Source: Parasynechococcus sp. (GTDB taxonomy: Bacteria; Cyanobacteriota; Cyanobacteriia; PCC-6307; Cyanobiaceae). From it: a stretch of DNA of 64,000 bases. Below, one piece after another: positions 50,399 to 61,173 of this stretch (position 1 is the stretch's first letter; the number at the start of each line of letters is the position of its first letter). The translations under genes and the position numbers were made by a program. Location of the stretch: assembly GCF_042954325.1 (NCBI RefSeq), contig NZ_JBGKDS010000025.1:1255-65254 (forward strand). The letters run 5' to 3'. The notes below the pieces were generated by a model. That model ran no database searches. It worked only from the letters and a program-made list of their open reading frames with translations, and had not been told where the DNA came from.

Positions 50399-51603
50399 AA
50401 GGGCTTGGGATCTTGATCGAAGCGATGATTCACAGGGATCGGAGCACCCTGAGCTGAACCATCGCATCGGGCGGTTGCTTCAAGGGCCTGACGCAGCAAC
50501 CGGGCAGCCATCAACGGCATATCCCTTGGCACTGAAATCCGATCACGTAAGTAGCGCAATCCAGCGGCACTTCCTGATGCTGGTAAGCAAATTTGCTGAG
50601 TGATCAATGTGGTCAATGCAGCCCGCAACGGTTGATCGAAGCCGGATGCTCCCAACGGATGAACCGCCAGAAGTCTGCTCCGATGTTTGAGCACACGACT
50701 CAAGGCGATCCGTCCCATCAGAGCCTCATCTTCAGCGGAGGAAGGCCAACGGGTTTCGTCGTCGACCAGACCCTGTCCCTGATCAATCGTCTCGGCCAGA
50801 ACAGCAGCCATCGGATCGTCATCAGGCCAACAACCGCCCATCTGCGGTGGCAAGTCATGGGCATGGGTATGGAAATCACTCTGGGTACCGCGGTAGGTCT
50901 CCAAGGCTTCAAGGGCGCAAAACCAGCGATCGATGGCGGGGTGCTCCTGCCGCAACCGATAGCCCTTGTAGTAAGCGAGCGACGCATTCATCCGCTCCAG
51001 ATACGGCACAAAAATCAGATCAACGCCACTGGGGCCGTCGGAGGCGAGCCAGGGTGAGGCCGTCATCGACAAGGCCTGCTCCACGCGCTGGGCGATCGCA
51101 CGGAACTGCTCGCGGGCCTGGCGTTGCTGCCGGGCATTCAGACCAGGGGAACACAGCCAGAGGCACCAGGCACGGAACAACAGCCGTTCCAACTGACGAT
51201 TCGCCAGGGCCTGGTCGGACTCCAGCGACATCCCCAGCGGTCCGAAGCGGCGCTCCAACGCCAGCAGGATCACATCGCTTTCCGTGATCAGCTCACCATC
51301 AAGCTCCAGGGCCGGGAGCATCCCCGATGGCACCTGAGCGAGATACCAGGGCTCCTTGGCGCCATAACAGCGCATCGTGACCTTGCGAATGCGGTAAGGG
51401 ATCCGCTTGAACTCGAGCCAAAGCCAGATTTTTTGGCAATAGGGACACCACGCGTGAAGGTCGCGGTAGAGCGTCACGCGGATGGCACTCTCCGGGTGAC
51501 CGAACAGGCGCAACTCAGCCTGGGCATTGGTGGGGCCGTTGACACGATCCGGCTCGGGCACGGCATGCTCCGCCAGCTGCTCCCAGGAGAGGACCTCCGC
51601 CAT
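50380..51603 (-). CDS. Glutathione S-transferase family protein
   Basis: AWCPYCQK.WLWLE.K.IPY, VP.GMLPAL..DG..ITES..I. Confidence 0.9.
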   Translation of the reverse strand: MAEVLSWEQLAEHAVPEPDRVNGPTNAQAELRLFGHPESAIRVTLYRDLHAWCPYCQKIWLWLEFKRIPYRIRKVTMRCYGAKEPWYLAQVPSGMLPALELDGELITESDVILLALERRFGPLGMSLESDQALANRQLERLLFRAWCLWLCSPGLNARQQRQAREQFRAIAQRVEQALSMTASPWLASDGPSGVDLIFVPYLERMNASLAYYKGYRLRQEHPAIDRWFCALEALETYRGTQSDFHTHAHDLPPQMGGCWPDDDPMAAVLAETIDQGQGLVDDETRWPSSAEDEALMGRIALSRVLKHRSRLLAVHPLGASGFDQPLRAALTTLITQQICLPASGSAAGLRYLRDRISVPRDMPLMAARLLRQALEATARCDGSAQGAPIPVNHRFDQDPKPFQSRPT

Positions 51604-51655
51604 GTTCGTTCCCAGGCAACTTCGGCCATAGTGGCGAGCCGCTGCTTAGTGGTGT

Positions 51656-52324
51656 GTGTCCCGGCCTCACCCCGCTTACACCCCCATCCCCAAGGCAGGC
51701 TCCGACAGCACGCTGTTCAAGCTGCCGATTTCAGCGCTGCATCCGACCCAATGGAGTGTCGGGTTTGCTGAGATTTGGGCTCGCCAAAGCGATTTCGCCA
51801 AGGAAAGCGAACAGCAGCATCTGAGCTACCTGCGTCGCAAACCCGTGCCGGTGGTGAAGGACGGCAACGGCACGTTCTGGATGTTGGACCGCCATCACCG
51901 CTTGCGAGCCCTGCTCGAGCAAAACCCGGCCGCAACCACCTGGGCCTATCTGATCGAGGACCGCTCCCACTCCAGCGCAGCCGAGCTGTTGGCTTTTTTG
52001 CAAGAACAGGGCTGGCTGTATCTGATCGATGGCCGTGGCAACGGCCCACATCAACCCAGAGAGCTACCGACATCGCTGATGGAGCTGGATGACGACCCCT
52101 ATCGCTCGCTGGTCTGGAAGCTCAAGAAAGAAGGGCTGATTACACCTCAACCCCAGATCCCATATCACGAATTCCGCTGGGGGGCATGGTTGCGGCGGCG
52201 GCCACTACCTCCCTTCAGCTCACGGGCCCTTGAGCCTGCCCTGCCCCCGGCCCGACGCCTGGTCCGATCCTGTGCCGCTGCCGAGATGCCGGGTTGGCGT
52301 GGCGCCAAACCCGACGACGCCTAG
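51656..52324 (+). CDS. ParB-like nuclease-domain protein (ParBc_2 type)
   Basis: LHPTQWSVG, PVPVV, DRHHRLRAL, DDPYRSLVW, EFRWG.WLR. Confidence 0.8.
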   Translation: MSRPHPAYTPIPKAGSDSTLFKLPISALHPTQWSVGFAEIWARQSDFAKESEQQHLSYLRRKPVPVVKDGNGTFWMLDRHHRLRALLEQNPAATTWAYLIEDRSHSSAAELLAFLQEQGWLYLIDGRGNGPHQPRELPTSLMELDDDPYRSLVWKLKKEGLITPQPQIPYHEFRWGAWLRRRPLPPFSSRALEPALPPARRLVRSCAAAEMPGWRGAKPDDA

Positions 52325-52347
52325 GACACACCCACCGGCTGAAACGC

Positions 52348-53727
52348 CTAGCCCTTGCGACGGGAGTCGATCTGCAGCAGATCCTTGACTTTCTGCACCT
52401 GGCTGGCGAGCTGCGGGTCATTGGCAAGCCGCTTCTCGACCTGATCGATGGCATACATCACGGTGGTGTGGTCCTTGCCGCCGAAGGTTTCCCCAATCCG
52501 GGGCAAGCTCAGATCGGTGCCCTGACGCATCAAATACATCCCCACCTGGCGGGCCTGGCTCACCGCGCGACGGCGGGTGCTGCTGCACATCTCCTCGGCC
52601 GTCACGGCGAACACCTCCGAGACCTTGTCGATCACCTGCTGGGGCGTGACCTCCACACCCTGACCCGTGGGATCAAGCATCGGAGCGACCGACTCAACGG
52701 TCATCGGCAATCCCGTAATCGATGCGAAGGCGACCGCACGGGTCAGAGCTCCCTCCAATTCACGGATGTTTGAAGTGAAGCGACCCGCGATGTAATGAAT
52801 CAGATCCCGGGGCAAGGCCATCCGCTCGTGCTCCGCCTTCTTTTGCAGGATCGCCATGCGTGTTTCCAGATCTGGAGCCTGGATATCCGCAATCAGGCCC
52901 ATCTGAAAGCGCGAGATCAGTCGTTGCTGCAACCGGGGGATCTGACTGGGAGGACGGTCACTGGCAATCACCACCTGACGACCAGCCTCATGGAGGGCGT
53001 TGAAGGTATGGAAAAACTCTTCCTGGGTGTACTCCTTGCCTTCGATGAACTGAATATCGTCCACCAGGATCAGATCCGTGGCCCTGTAGCGATCCCGGAA
53101 CGCCTGCATTCCGTCTTTGCGGATGGCCTGAATCAGGTCGTTCGTAAACGTTTCGGTGGAGACATAAGCCACCCGGGCATCCGGATCGATTTCCAGCCGG
53201 TAATGACCGATCGCCTGCATCAGGTGGGTCTTGCCGAGGCCCACCCCACCGCAAATGAACAGCGGGTTGAATTCCCGACCGGGTGCTTCAGCCACCGCCA
53301 AGGCCGCCGCATGGGCCATCCGGCTGTTCGGACCCACCACGAAACGGCTGAACACATATCGCGGGTTCAGTCCCGGCAAATAACGGCGGGGCTTACCCGC
53401 GGGGGCGGCTGGTTGAGACGGCGGAGCAATCGGAGCGTCCAGATCCTCACCGCCGCCTGCATCGGCAGCGGGCATGGCGGTATCGGCGAGAACCGTCACC
53501 TGGACGGGCTGCCCGCAGACACTGCTGGCCATTTCAGCGATCGTTGGCAGCAGCTGCTCGCGCAAACGGATGCTGGCAAACGGGTTCGGAGCCAGCAGCT
53601 TCAGCTCACCATCAGCAAATCCGCTGCAACCGGTGGGGCGGATGAAGGTCTCAAAAGTTGGTTTGCTCAGCGTGGCCTGCAGGGCCTGCTGAACCTCACT
53701 CCAAAGCTCTTCTCCCGTCTTCACCAA
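52348..53727 (-). CDS. dnaA: Chromosomal replication initiator
   Basis: [42 protein letters not shown]. Confidence 0.98.
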   Translation of the reverse strand: MVKTGEELWSEVQQALQATLSKPTFETFIRPTGCSGFADGELKLLAPNPFASIRLREQLLPTIAEMASSVCGQPVQVTVLADTAMPAADAGGGEDLDAPIAPPSQPAAPAGKPRRYLPGLNPRYVFSRFVVGPNSRMAHAAALAVAEAPGREFNPLFICGGVGLGKTHLMQAIGHYRLEIDPDARVAYVSTETFTNDLIQAIRKDGMQAFRDRYRATDLILVDDIQFIEGKEYTQEEFFHTFNALHEAGRQVVIASDRPPSQIPRLQQRLISRFQMGLIADIQAPDLETRMAILQKKAEHERMALPRDLIHYIAGRFTSNIRELEGALTRAVAFASITGLPMTVESVAPMLDPTGQGVEVTPQQVIDKVSEVFAVTAEEMCSSTRRRAVSQARQVGMYLMRQGTDLSLPRIGETFGGKDHTTVMYAIDQVEKRLANDPQLASQVQKVKDLLQIDSRRKG

Positions 53728-53799
53728 TACCGCCAGAGAGCTTGAGGTTCGAATCTACGCATGCCAGGCGGTTTGATCAGCCTTAAATGAGACAGGAAC

Positions 53800-54942
53800 A
53801 TGGAAGCCGGAATGCAACGGTCGCTGCACTGGATCGCGCTTGCGCTGGTCGGAACCACAGTCACCGGCTGTGATTTGTCGAAACTGCCCCTGGGTCGACA
53901 GCCGAGGGAGACCACGGTCACCCCACCACCCGTGGTGAGCGACCAACCCCGAACCGCACCGCTGCAGCCCGGCGAGAACGTGATCGTGAAAGCGGTGAAT
54001 CGGGTCGGCCCCGCCGTGGTGCGGATCGACACCGTCAAACAGGTGACTAACCCGTTGGGCGGCATGTTCGGCTTGGGGCCGTCCACCAGCCGTCAGCAAG
54101 GTCAGGGCTCCGGCTTCATCACCCGCGCCAACGGGCTGATCTTCACCAATGAGCATGTGGTCCGAGGTGCGGATCAGGTGAAGGTGACCCTCCCGGATGG
54201 TCGCAGCTTCAACGGCAAGGTTCTGGGGGGTGACCCCATGACCGACGTCGCCGTGGTGAAGGTTGTGGCGGACAATCTGCCCGTGGCCGCCCTCGGTGAT
54301 TCCAACAGCTTGCAGGCCGGAGAATGGGCGATCGCCATCGGCAATCCCTTCGGACTCAACAACACCGTGACCGCGGGCATCATCAGCGCGGTGGGCCGGA
54401 CCAATGCCATCGGTGACGGCCAACGGGTGCCCTACATCCAAACCGATGCTGCGGTGAATCCCGGCAACAGCGGCGGTCCGCTGATCAATGCTGCCGGCCA
54501 GGTGATCGGGATGAACACCGCCATTCGCCAGGCCCCTGGGGCAGGTCTCAGCTTCGCCGTGCCGATCAACCTGGCGAAGCGCATCGCCCAGCAGATCGTG
54601 AGCACTGGGCAGGCATCCCATCCCTTCATCGGTGTCGAGCTGCGCAGCCTTACGCCACAGCTGGCCCGCGAAATCAATGCCACCACCACGCAATGCCGTG
54701 TTCCTGAGGTGAATGGCGTGCTGGTGGTGAATGTGGTTCCGAACACTCCAGCCAGTGAGGCCGGCATCCGCCAATGCGACCTCATCACCAACGTCAACGG
54801 CACCGCCGTGAACAACCCCTCAGATGTGCAGCTGGCTGTCGATCGCGGTCAGGTCGGTCAGCCGATGCCGATCACGATCGAACGTGATGGAACCGCGAAC
54901 GTGCTGTCGGTCCGTCCCCGCGAAATGCCAAACCGCGGTTGA
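53800..54942 (+). CDS. HtrA/DegP family serine protease with PDZ domain
   Basis: GSGFI, TNEHVV, DVAV, IQTDAAVNPGNSGGPL. Confidence 0.95.
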   Translation: MEAGMQRSLHWIALALVGTTVTGCDLSKLPLGRQPRETTVTPPPVVSDQPRTAPLQPGENVIVKAVNRVGPAVVRIDTVKQVTNPLGGMFGLGPSTSRQQGQGSGFITRANGLIFTNEHVVRGADQVKVTLPDGRSFNGKVLGGDPMTDVAVVKVVADNLPVAALGDSNSLQAGEWAIAIGNPFGLNNTVTAGIISAVGRTNAIGDGQRVPYIQTDAAVNPGNSGGPLINAAGQVIGMNTAIRQAPGAGLSFAVPINLAKRIAQQIVSTGQASHPFIGVELRSLTPQLAREINATTTQCRVPEVNGVLVVNVVPNTPASEAGIRQCDLITNVNGTAVNNPSDVQLAVDRGQVGQPMPITIERDGTANVLSVRPREMPNRG

Positions 54943-54943
54943 G

Positions 54944-55603
54944 ATGAGCGCCCCTCCGGTCCTGACCGTGATGGCCCGATGGCCCGCCGCTGGACGCTGC
55001 AAACGGCGCCTCAGCGGTGATCTGAGCCGCACCCTGTCCTTAGCCACGGCCGGCGATCGCGCCGCTCGGATCCAACGACGTCTCTGCGCCCACACCCTGG
55101 CGGTCTGCCGTGAGCTGCAGGCCAAGGGACACATCCAGTTGCAGCTTGCCGTGAGCGGATTAGGCCCCCGGCGAGCCCAACGCTGGGGTCAGACCCTCGG
55201 AGCCTCCACCACGGTGCTGCAGGGGCAAGGCTCCCTGGGTTGTCGCCTGCGTCGTCAGACGCTTCGCACCCACCGTGGTCAACGCGGAGGGGGGCAACTG
55301 ATGATCGGTACCGATCTCCCCGGTCTGAGCTGCCATGCTCTGATCGAGGCCATCGAGATGCTCAAGGGGAAGGATGTGGTGCTTGGCCCTGCCAGCGATG
55401 GTGGCTACTGGCTGATCGGACTGGGCCAAGCGGTGCTCAACCATCCCGAGCTCTGGCCGTTCAGCGGGATTCCATGGGGCGGTGAGTCGGTGCTGGCGAC
55501 GACGCTGCAGTGCTGCAGCCAAGCCGAACTCAGCACAGGCCTGCTGTGCGAACAGCAGGACATCGACCATCTCCGTGATCTCAAGCCTTGGCTCGCGCTC
55601 TGA
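54944..55603 (+). CDS. DUF2064 / TIGR04282 family glycosyltransferase-like protein
   Basis: MARWP..GRCKRRL, QG.G.LG.RL, IGTDLP, LGPASDGGYWLIG, DID...DL. Confidence 0.88.
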   Translation: MSAPPVLTVMARWPAAGRCKRRLSGDLSRTLSLATAGDRAARIQRRLCAHTLAVCRELQAKGHIQLQLAVSGLGPRRAQRWGQTLGASTTVLQGQGSLGCRLRRQTLRTHRGQRGGGQLMIGTDLPGLSCHALIEAIEMLKGKDVVLGPASDGGYWLIGLGQAVLNHPELWPFSGIPWGGESVLATTLQCCSQAELSTGLLCEQQDIDHLRDLKPWLAL

Positions 55604-55610
55604 ACGGTTG

Positions 55611-56306
55611 ATGGACATTGAGCTGAGTGTTTTGATCCCAACCCGGCAGGAGGCCGCAAGCCTTCCCCTCCTGCTGGCAGATCTGCAGACGTGGTCAGGG
55701 GAGCTGGACATCCTGATCGCCGATGCTGGAAGCAGCGACGCCACCATCGACGCCGCCACACTCGCCGGCGCCACCGTTCTGCGCTGTCCGACACCGGGGC
55801 GCGGCCAACAGCTGCGCTGGGCCCTGGAGCGAGCACAGAGCCCCTGGCTGCTCATCCTGCATGCCGATAGTCGCCTACCCACCACCTGGGCGCAGGCTGT
55901 TCACAACACCATCACCACCCCGACATCCGCAGACCAGGCCTTTTATTTCGACCTACGCATTGATGGCGATCAACCGCTGCTGCGGCTGGTGGAACTGGCG
56001 GTGCACTGGCGCTGCCGCCATCGTCAGGAGCCCTATGGCGATCAGGGACTTCTGATCCACCGGGAGCTGTACGAGCGGAGCGGTGGTTACAGCCCCATTC
56101 CACTGATGGAAGACCTGGAGCTCATCCGACGCCTGAAGCGGATCGCGCAGGTGCGATCCCTGAACCAATCGATTCACACCAGTGGCCGTCGCTGGGAGCG
56201 CGATGGTGTGCTGCAACGCAGCTGGAGCAATGCCCAACTGCGGCGGCGCTGGCTGCGGGGGGAACCCCCGGAGCAGTTGATCGCCAGCTATGACACGCCG
56301 CGATAA
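55611..56306 (+). CDS. GT2 / TIGR04283 family glycosyltransferase
   Basis: SVLIPT..EA, DAGSSD, GRGQQL, LHADS, PYGDQG, LMED, TSGRRW. Confidence 0.9.
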   Translation: MDIELSVLIPTRQEAASLPLLLADLQTWSGELDILIADAGSSDATIDAATLAGATVLRCPTPGRGQQLRWALERAQSPWLLILHADSRLPTTWAQAVHNTITTPTSADQAFYFDLRIDGDQPLLRLVELAVHWRCRHRQEPYGDQGLLIHRELYERSGGYSPIPLMEDLELIRRLKRIAQVRSLNQSIHTSGRRWERDGVLQRSWSNAQLRRRWLRGEPPEQLIASYDTPR

Positions 56307-56314
56307 CCAGCCGT

Positions 56315-56824
56315 TCAGCTGGCGTACCAGAAGGCACAGCGGTGACCCTGGGGCTCTAATTCCCAGCCTTGACGCTGATAAAAACTGACCACACCAGGGT
56401 CAGCGAACAAACTCACCCGCTCGGTTCCCTGATCAGCCAAGACATCCAGCACGTAGGTCATCAGATGACGACCCAGGCCATTGCCTTGATACAGGGGATG
56501 GACCGCAACATCCCAGACGGTGGCCTCCAGAATCCCATCGCCCGTGCAACGCGCGAAGCCGACAAGGCGGGGAATCCGAGGGTCATGGCGCCACAACCCC
56601 ACGGTGAGCAGGCTGTGCTGCAGGGCTTTACGCACGCGCCGCACCGGGCGGCGACTCCAGCCGACAGCTTCCAGCAGCTGCTCGAGCTCCACAAGATCAA
56701 AGGGATGGGTCTGGCTGAACACCAGACGAATCTGATCATTGCTGCACGGACAAAGACGAGCGTCCTGTCCGTATTGCTCAAGGAACGACGTCTCGGGAAT
56801 CGGCAGCGTGGAGGAGAGCATCAC
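56315..56824 (-). CDS. GNAT acetyltransferase (Ycf52-like)
   Basis: VGWSRRP, GFARCTGDG, WDVAVHP.YQG.GLG, LFAD..V..FY. Confidence 0.9.
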   Translation of the reverse strand: MMLSSTLPIPETSFLEQYGQDARLCPCSNDQIRLVFSQTHPFDLVELEQLLEAVGWSRRPVRRVRKALQHSLLTVGLWRHDPRIPRLVGFARCTGDGILEATVWDVAVHPLYQGNGLGRHLMTYVLDVLADQGTERVSLFADPGVVSFYQRQGWELEPQGHRCAFWYAS

Positions 56825-58599
56825 AGCTTGGCCAGGCCCCGTTCCTGCAAATCGGCCAACTGCGCATAGAGCCCACCGCAGGCACGAAGCTCATGGTGGG
56901 TGCCCTGCTCAATCAACTCACCACGGCGCAGCACAAGAATCCGATCGGACGCCTCCACGGTCGCCAGACGGTGGGCGATGACCACCGCGGTGTGTTTCTG
57001 CAGCAGACGATCGAGATCCCGTTGCAACGTCGCCTCCGTTGAGGGATCCATGAAGGCGGTGGCCTCATCCATCACCAGCACCGTGGGGTTGCGGATGGCC
57101 ACACGCGCCACGGCCAGCAATTGGCGTTCACCGGAGGAGAGGTTGCCGCCGCGTTCCCGCAGGACGGTCTGCAAACCCTGAGGCAAGCGCTCGAGCAGAC
57201 CATCCAGTCCCAGTTCCGAACAGACATCCTGCAGACGCTGATCACTGATCGGACGATTCAAACGGAGGTTGTCGGCGACATTCCCGCTGAACAAAAAGGT
57301 GTCCTGCAGGACCACGCCCAGTTGCTGACGCAAATCGGCGATGGGAATCGAGCGAATATCACGACCGTCCAGAAGAATGCGGCCGGACTGGGGTTCATAG
57401 AGCCGGCACAGCAAACGAATCACCGTGGATTTCCCGGACCCCGTGGGGCCGACCAAAGCGACGTGCTCGCCAGGCGCGATCCGGAAGGAGAGGTTGCGCA
57501 GGATCGGCTCATCGGGGCGATAGCTGAAGCTGACATTCTCAAAAATGACCTCACCCAATCCACTGCCATCCAAAGCACGGGCATCAGGGGATTCGATGAT
57601 CTCCAGGGGCTGCTCGAGGAGTTCACCGATGCGCTCAACCGCAGTCAGACCGCCCTGGATCTGGGTGAAGCGTTCCGCCAACTGGCGCAAGGGGTCGAAC
57701 AGGCGTTGGGAATAAAGAATGAAGGTCGTGAGAACGCCAAGACCCATCGCACCACTGGTCACCATCCAGCCCCCGACGGCGAGGACCGTGGCCACCGCTC
57801 CGAGGGCGACCCATTCCAGAAAAGCCGAGATGCTGCTGTCGAAAAAGATGGTTCCGTTGACGGCTTTGCGATAGGCCGAGCCCGTGCGGGCGAAACGGGC
57901 CCCATTGACCTGCTCACGGCGGAACATCTGCACCACCTCCAAACCCTGGAGGTTTTCCTGAAAATCAGCATTGAGCTGAGAGAGCTCCTCCCGCACGCGG
58001 TAGTTGGCCTTGCGATAGCGCCGCTGCAACCAGATCACGACAGCTGTGACCGGAAGCTGCGTGCAGAGCAACAGCAGTCCAAGCCTCCATTCGATCAACA
58101 GCATCGTGGTGGCGATCACCAACAGGCTGACCAAATCTCCGAGGACACCAACGGCGCCACTGCCGAAGACCTCAGCCAAGGCATCCACATCACTGGTGAG
58201 GCGGGTGAGCAGCTTGCCCACGGGCATACCGTCATGGAACCGCAGCGAAAGCGAAAGGGAATGGGAAAAGAGGTCATCACGGATTCGAGCCGTGAGCCGT
58301 TGCCCGATCGCCTGAATGTTGAAAGTCTGAAGGCCCTGAAAGGCCAGCCGGAGCAGAACGGACGCCAACAACAATCCGACCAGTAATCGGATGGCCGCTG
58401 GCGTCGACAACGACGCCAGCCAGGGCAAGCTCGCTTCGCCTCTGAGCACGCTGATCGCCTGACCCACGAGCAACGGTTGGATCGCCCCAGCCAGGGCCAC
58501 AGGAATCAGCAGCGTCAGGGTGAGCAGCAGGCGTCGGCGATCGCGACTCAGGTACTGACCAAGACGCCGGACACGACGCCAATCACCCAGGACAGACAT
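56821..58599 (-). CDS. ABC transporter, fused permease/ATP-binding
   Basis: GKLLTRLTSD, GPTGSGKS, LSSGERQ, VMDEAT. Confidence 0.95.
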   Translation of the reverse strand: MSVLGDWRRVRRLGQYLSRDRRRLLLTLTLLIPVALAGAIQPLLVGQAISVLRGEASLPWLASLSTPAAIRLLVGLLLASVLLRLAFQGLQTFNIQAIGQRLTARIRDDLFSHSLSLSLRFHDGMPVGKLLTRLTSDVDALAEVFGSGAVGVLGDLVSLLVIATTMLLIEWRLGLLLLCTQLPVTAVVIWLQRRYRKANYRVREELSQLNADFQENLQGLEVVQMFRREQVNGARFARTGSAYRKAVNGTIFFDSSISAFLEWVALGAVATVLAVGGWMVTSGAMGLGVLTTFILYSQRLFDPLRQLAERFTQIQGGLTAVERIGELLEQPLEIIESPDARALDGSGLGEVIFENVSFSYRPDEPILRNLSFRIAPGEHVALVGPTGSGKSTVIRLLCRLYEPQSGRILLDGRDIRSIPIADLRQQLGVVLQDTFLFSGNVADNLRLNRPISDQRLQDVCSELGLDGLLERLPQGLQTVLRERGGNLSSGERQLLAVARVAIRNPTVLVMDEATAFMDPSTEATLQRDLDRLLQKHTAVVIAHRLATVEASDRILVLRRGELIEQGTHHELRACGGLYAQLADLQERGLAKL

Positions 58600-59252
58600 C
58601 AGGCCACCTCAGCGGCGATGACAGAGGCCTGCCGCATGGCATCCACGATGTCGCGCAACTCACCCTGATCCAGGCGCATGGCCAACGGATGGCCAACCAA
58701 CCTTGCGGTGGAGTGAAACAGATCCTCAATGGCAATCAAACCGTTTTCCCGAAGTGTGCGGCCGGTCGCCACAAGATCCACGATCGCTTCCGACATCCCG
58801 GTAATTGGCCCCAATTCCACGGAGCCATTGAGATGAACAAGCTCAACCGGCAGGTCGAGGGCATTGAAATATTGCCTGGCGCAGTGGGTGAACTTGCTGG
58901 CCACACGGCAGTGGGGCGGAAGATCCGCGGCACGGGTGTAACCGCTGGTCTCCTTCACAGCGACAGACATGCGGCAGCCCCCGAAACCAAGGTCCACCAG
59001 CTGTGCCACGGGCAGTTGGTGCTCGCTGAGCACGTCGTAACCGACCACCCCAAGCTGAGCCTGTCCATAGGCCACGTAGGTGGGAACGTCACCATTGCGC
59101 ACCAACAGGGCCCGGGCACGACCGCAGGGGGTCGGCAGCATCAGCTGACGGTTGTTCTTGTCCAGAACGGCGGAAAAATCCAGACCTGCTGCAGCAAAGC
59201 GGGCCACGGAATCCTTGAGCAGCGCTCCTTTCGCCAACGCAACGGTGATCAT
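58599..59252 (-). CDS. hisG: ATP phosphoribosyltransferase, short form
   Basis: [27 protein letters not shown]...[12 protein letters not shown]. Confidence 0.96.
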   Translation of the reverse strand: MITVALAKGALLKDSVARFAAAGLDFSAVLDKNNRQLMLPTPCGRARALLVRNGDVPTYVAYGQAQLGVVGYDVLSEHQLPVAQLVDLGFGGCRMSVAVKETSGYTRAADLPPHCRVASKFTHCARQYFNALDLPVELVHLNGSVELGPITGMSEAIVDLVATGRTLRENGLIAIEDLFHSTARLVGHPLAMRLDQGELRDIVDAMRQASVIAAEVA

Positions 59253-59292
59253 GGGTCCAGCGTTGACCAGGAAACCAGGCAGGACTTTAACG

Positions 59293-60039
59293 ATGAACTC
59301 CACACTTCACGCCCTGCCGGTGCTTCAGGACAACGTGGTCTGGGTGTGGACCCGCGGCCAGGAGGCGGTCGTCGTGGACCCTGCCGTTGCATCTCCCGTG
59401 CAGGACTGGCTGACGTCGCGGGGTCTCGAACTCAAAGCCGTACTGCAAACCCACCACCATCCCGATCACATCGGGGGGACCTTGGATTTGCTCCAGCATT
59501 GGCCAACAGCCGATGTCGTGGCGTCAGCCAACGACCGTGAGCGCATTCCCTTCCAAACGATTTCGGTGAAGGGTGGAGATCAACTGCGTTTGCTCAACAC
59601 CGACGTCCAGGTGATTGACGTGGCGGCGCACACCCGAGCCCATCTCGCCTTTGTGATCACAGCAGACGCCGACCCGGCCGTGGGTCCGCTGGTCTTCACT
59701 GGGGACACCCTCTTTGCCGGTGGCTGCGGCCGCCTGTTCGAGGGGTCAGCCTCCGATATGCACACCGCTCTGCAGCGACTCAACGCTTTACCGGCGGAAA
59801 CCAAGGTGTGCTGCGCCCATGAATACACCGAGGCCAATCTGCGCTGGGCCGTTGAACAGCGCCCTGACGATTCGACGATTGCGGCTCGGCTGGAGGACGT
59901 CCGCCAACGTCGCAGCCGGGGGGAACTGAGCCTGCCGAGTTCGATCGCGCTGGAGCGGGCCACCAACTTGTTTCTCCAGGCCGACACCCCGGACGCCCTC
60001 GCTGAGCTGCGCGTCCATAAGGACACATGGCGGGGCTGA
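59293..60039 (+). CDS. gloB: Hydroxyacylglutathione hydrolase (glyoxalase II)
   Basis: [32 protein letters not shown]. Confidence 0.95.
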   Translation: MNSTLHALPVLQDNVVWVWTRGQEAVVVDPAVASPVQDWLTSRGLELKAVLQTHHHPDHIGGTLDLLQHWPTADVVASANDRERIPFQTISVKGGDQLRLLNTDVQVIDVAAHTRAHLAFVITADADPAVGPLVFTGDTLFAGGCGRLFEGSASDMHTALQRLNALPAETKVCCAHEYTEANLRWAVEQRPDDSTIAARLEDVRQRRSRGELSLPSSIALERATNLFLQADTPDALAELRVHKDTWRG

Positions 60040-60050
60040 CTCCCAGAGGA

Positions 60051-61133
60051 TCAAACAACAACAGCCACACGCTGACGCTGGGGGTAAAGAATCGGTTCAG
60101 CACCACGGCGGAAAGACAATCGACAACGGGTCCCCCTGGGGTGATCCATCTCGAGCGGAAGAACCAAACGCAAGGTCAGGGCATCGAGCTGAATCCGGTA
60201 CTGCCAGGCATGGCCCAGAAACTCACGACCCATGACGCAAGCTTCTCCGGAGGAATCCAAGGTCATCCGGATACTGCTGGGTTCCACCATCACGCAGGCA
60301 TCGGCGTCGAGAGGAGCTGACGAGAGCCCGGAGGCCACCAGGGTGCCAATCGCGCATTGGAGACGGCCATCCGCATCGGATGCGTGCTGAACAGGCAACA
60401 GGTTGGCTTGCAGCACAAAGCGACTGACAAAAGCGGTCGCTGGACTCTGAACCAGCTCCCGTGGCGGAGCGCACTGATGAATCACGCCATCCCGTAGAAC
60501 GGCGACCCGGTCACAGATCGCAAGAGCTTCCCCGGGATCGTGGGTGACGATCAGCCCCGTGGTGCCACAGACCTGAAGCACAGAGGCCAATTCGCTGCGC
60601 AAGCGCAGACGCACCTCAACATCGAGGTTGGAAAACGGTTCATCGAGAAGAACCACGCTGGGTGCCGGTGCAAGAGCGCGAGCCAGGGCCAGCCGTTGAC
60701 GCTGCCCGCCGGAGAGCTGATGGGGAAAACGCTCGTGCAGATCAGCAAGCCCCATCAGGTCGAGCAACCAGCTCGCACGGCTGTCGTCTTGGCCGGAACG
60801 CAAGCCAAAGCAAGCGTTCTGCCAGGCGGTGAGATGGGGAAACAAGGCATAGTCCTGGAAGACCATGCCGACGCCACGGCGCTCTGGAGGCAACCAGCGA
60901 CCGGCCCCGGCAACGGTGCGTTCCTGCAGCCGAACCTCACCACGATCGGGACGTTCAAAACCAGCAATCAGCCGAAGCAGGGTTGTCTTGCCGCAACCCG
61001 AAGGTCCGAGCAAGCCAACAAGTTCACCGGCCGCCAGGTTGAGATCGACACCCCGGAGCGTCCACTCATCACCCTCTGCGGCGTAGCGGTGCCACAGATC
61101 ACGCAATTCGACGGGGCCTGAAGGCGATGGCAA
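60051..61133 (-). CDS. futC: Fe3+/polyamine-type ABC transporter ATPase (FutC-like)
   Basis: GPSGCGKTT, VFQDYALFPHL, LSGGQRQR, LLDEPFSNLD. TTG 61133 preferred (ATG 61175 is an alternative). Confidence 0.8.
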   Translation of the reverse strand: MPSPSGPVELRDLWHRYAAEGDEWTLRGVDLNLAAGELVGLLGPSGCGKTTLLRLIAGFERPDRGEVRLQERTVAGAGRWLPPERRGVGMVFQDYALFPHLTAWQNACFGLRSGQDDSRASWLLDLMGLADLHERFPHQLSGGQRQRLALARALAPAPSVVLLDEPFSNLDVEVRLRLRSELASVLQVCGTTGLIVTHDPGEALAICDRVAVLRDGVIHQCAPPRELVQSPATAFVSRFVLQANLLPVQHASDADGRLQCAIGTLVASGLSSAPLDADACVMVEPSSIRMTLDSSGEACVMGREFLGHAWQYRIQLDALTLRLVLPLEMDHPRGTRCRLSFRRGAEPILYPQRQRVAVVV

Positions 61134-61173
61134 GACGGAACGCGATGATTCCAGCCATTCTGTGACTTCGGAC

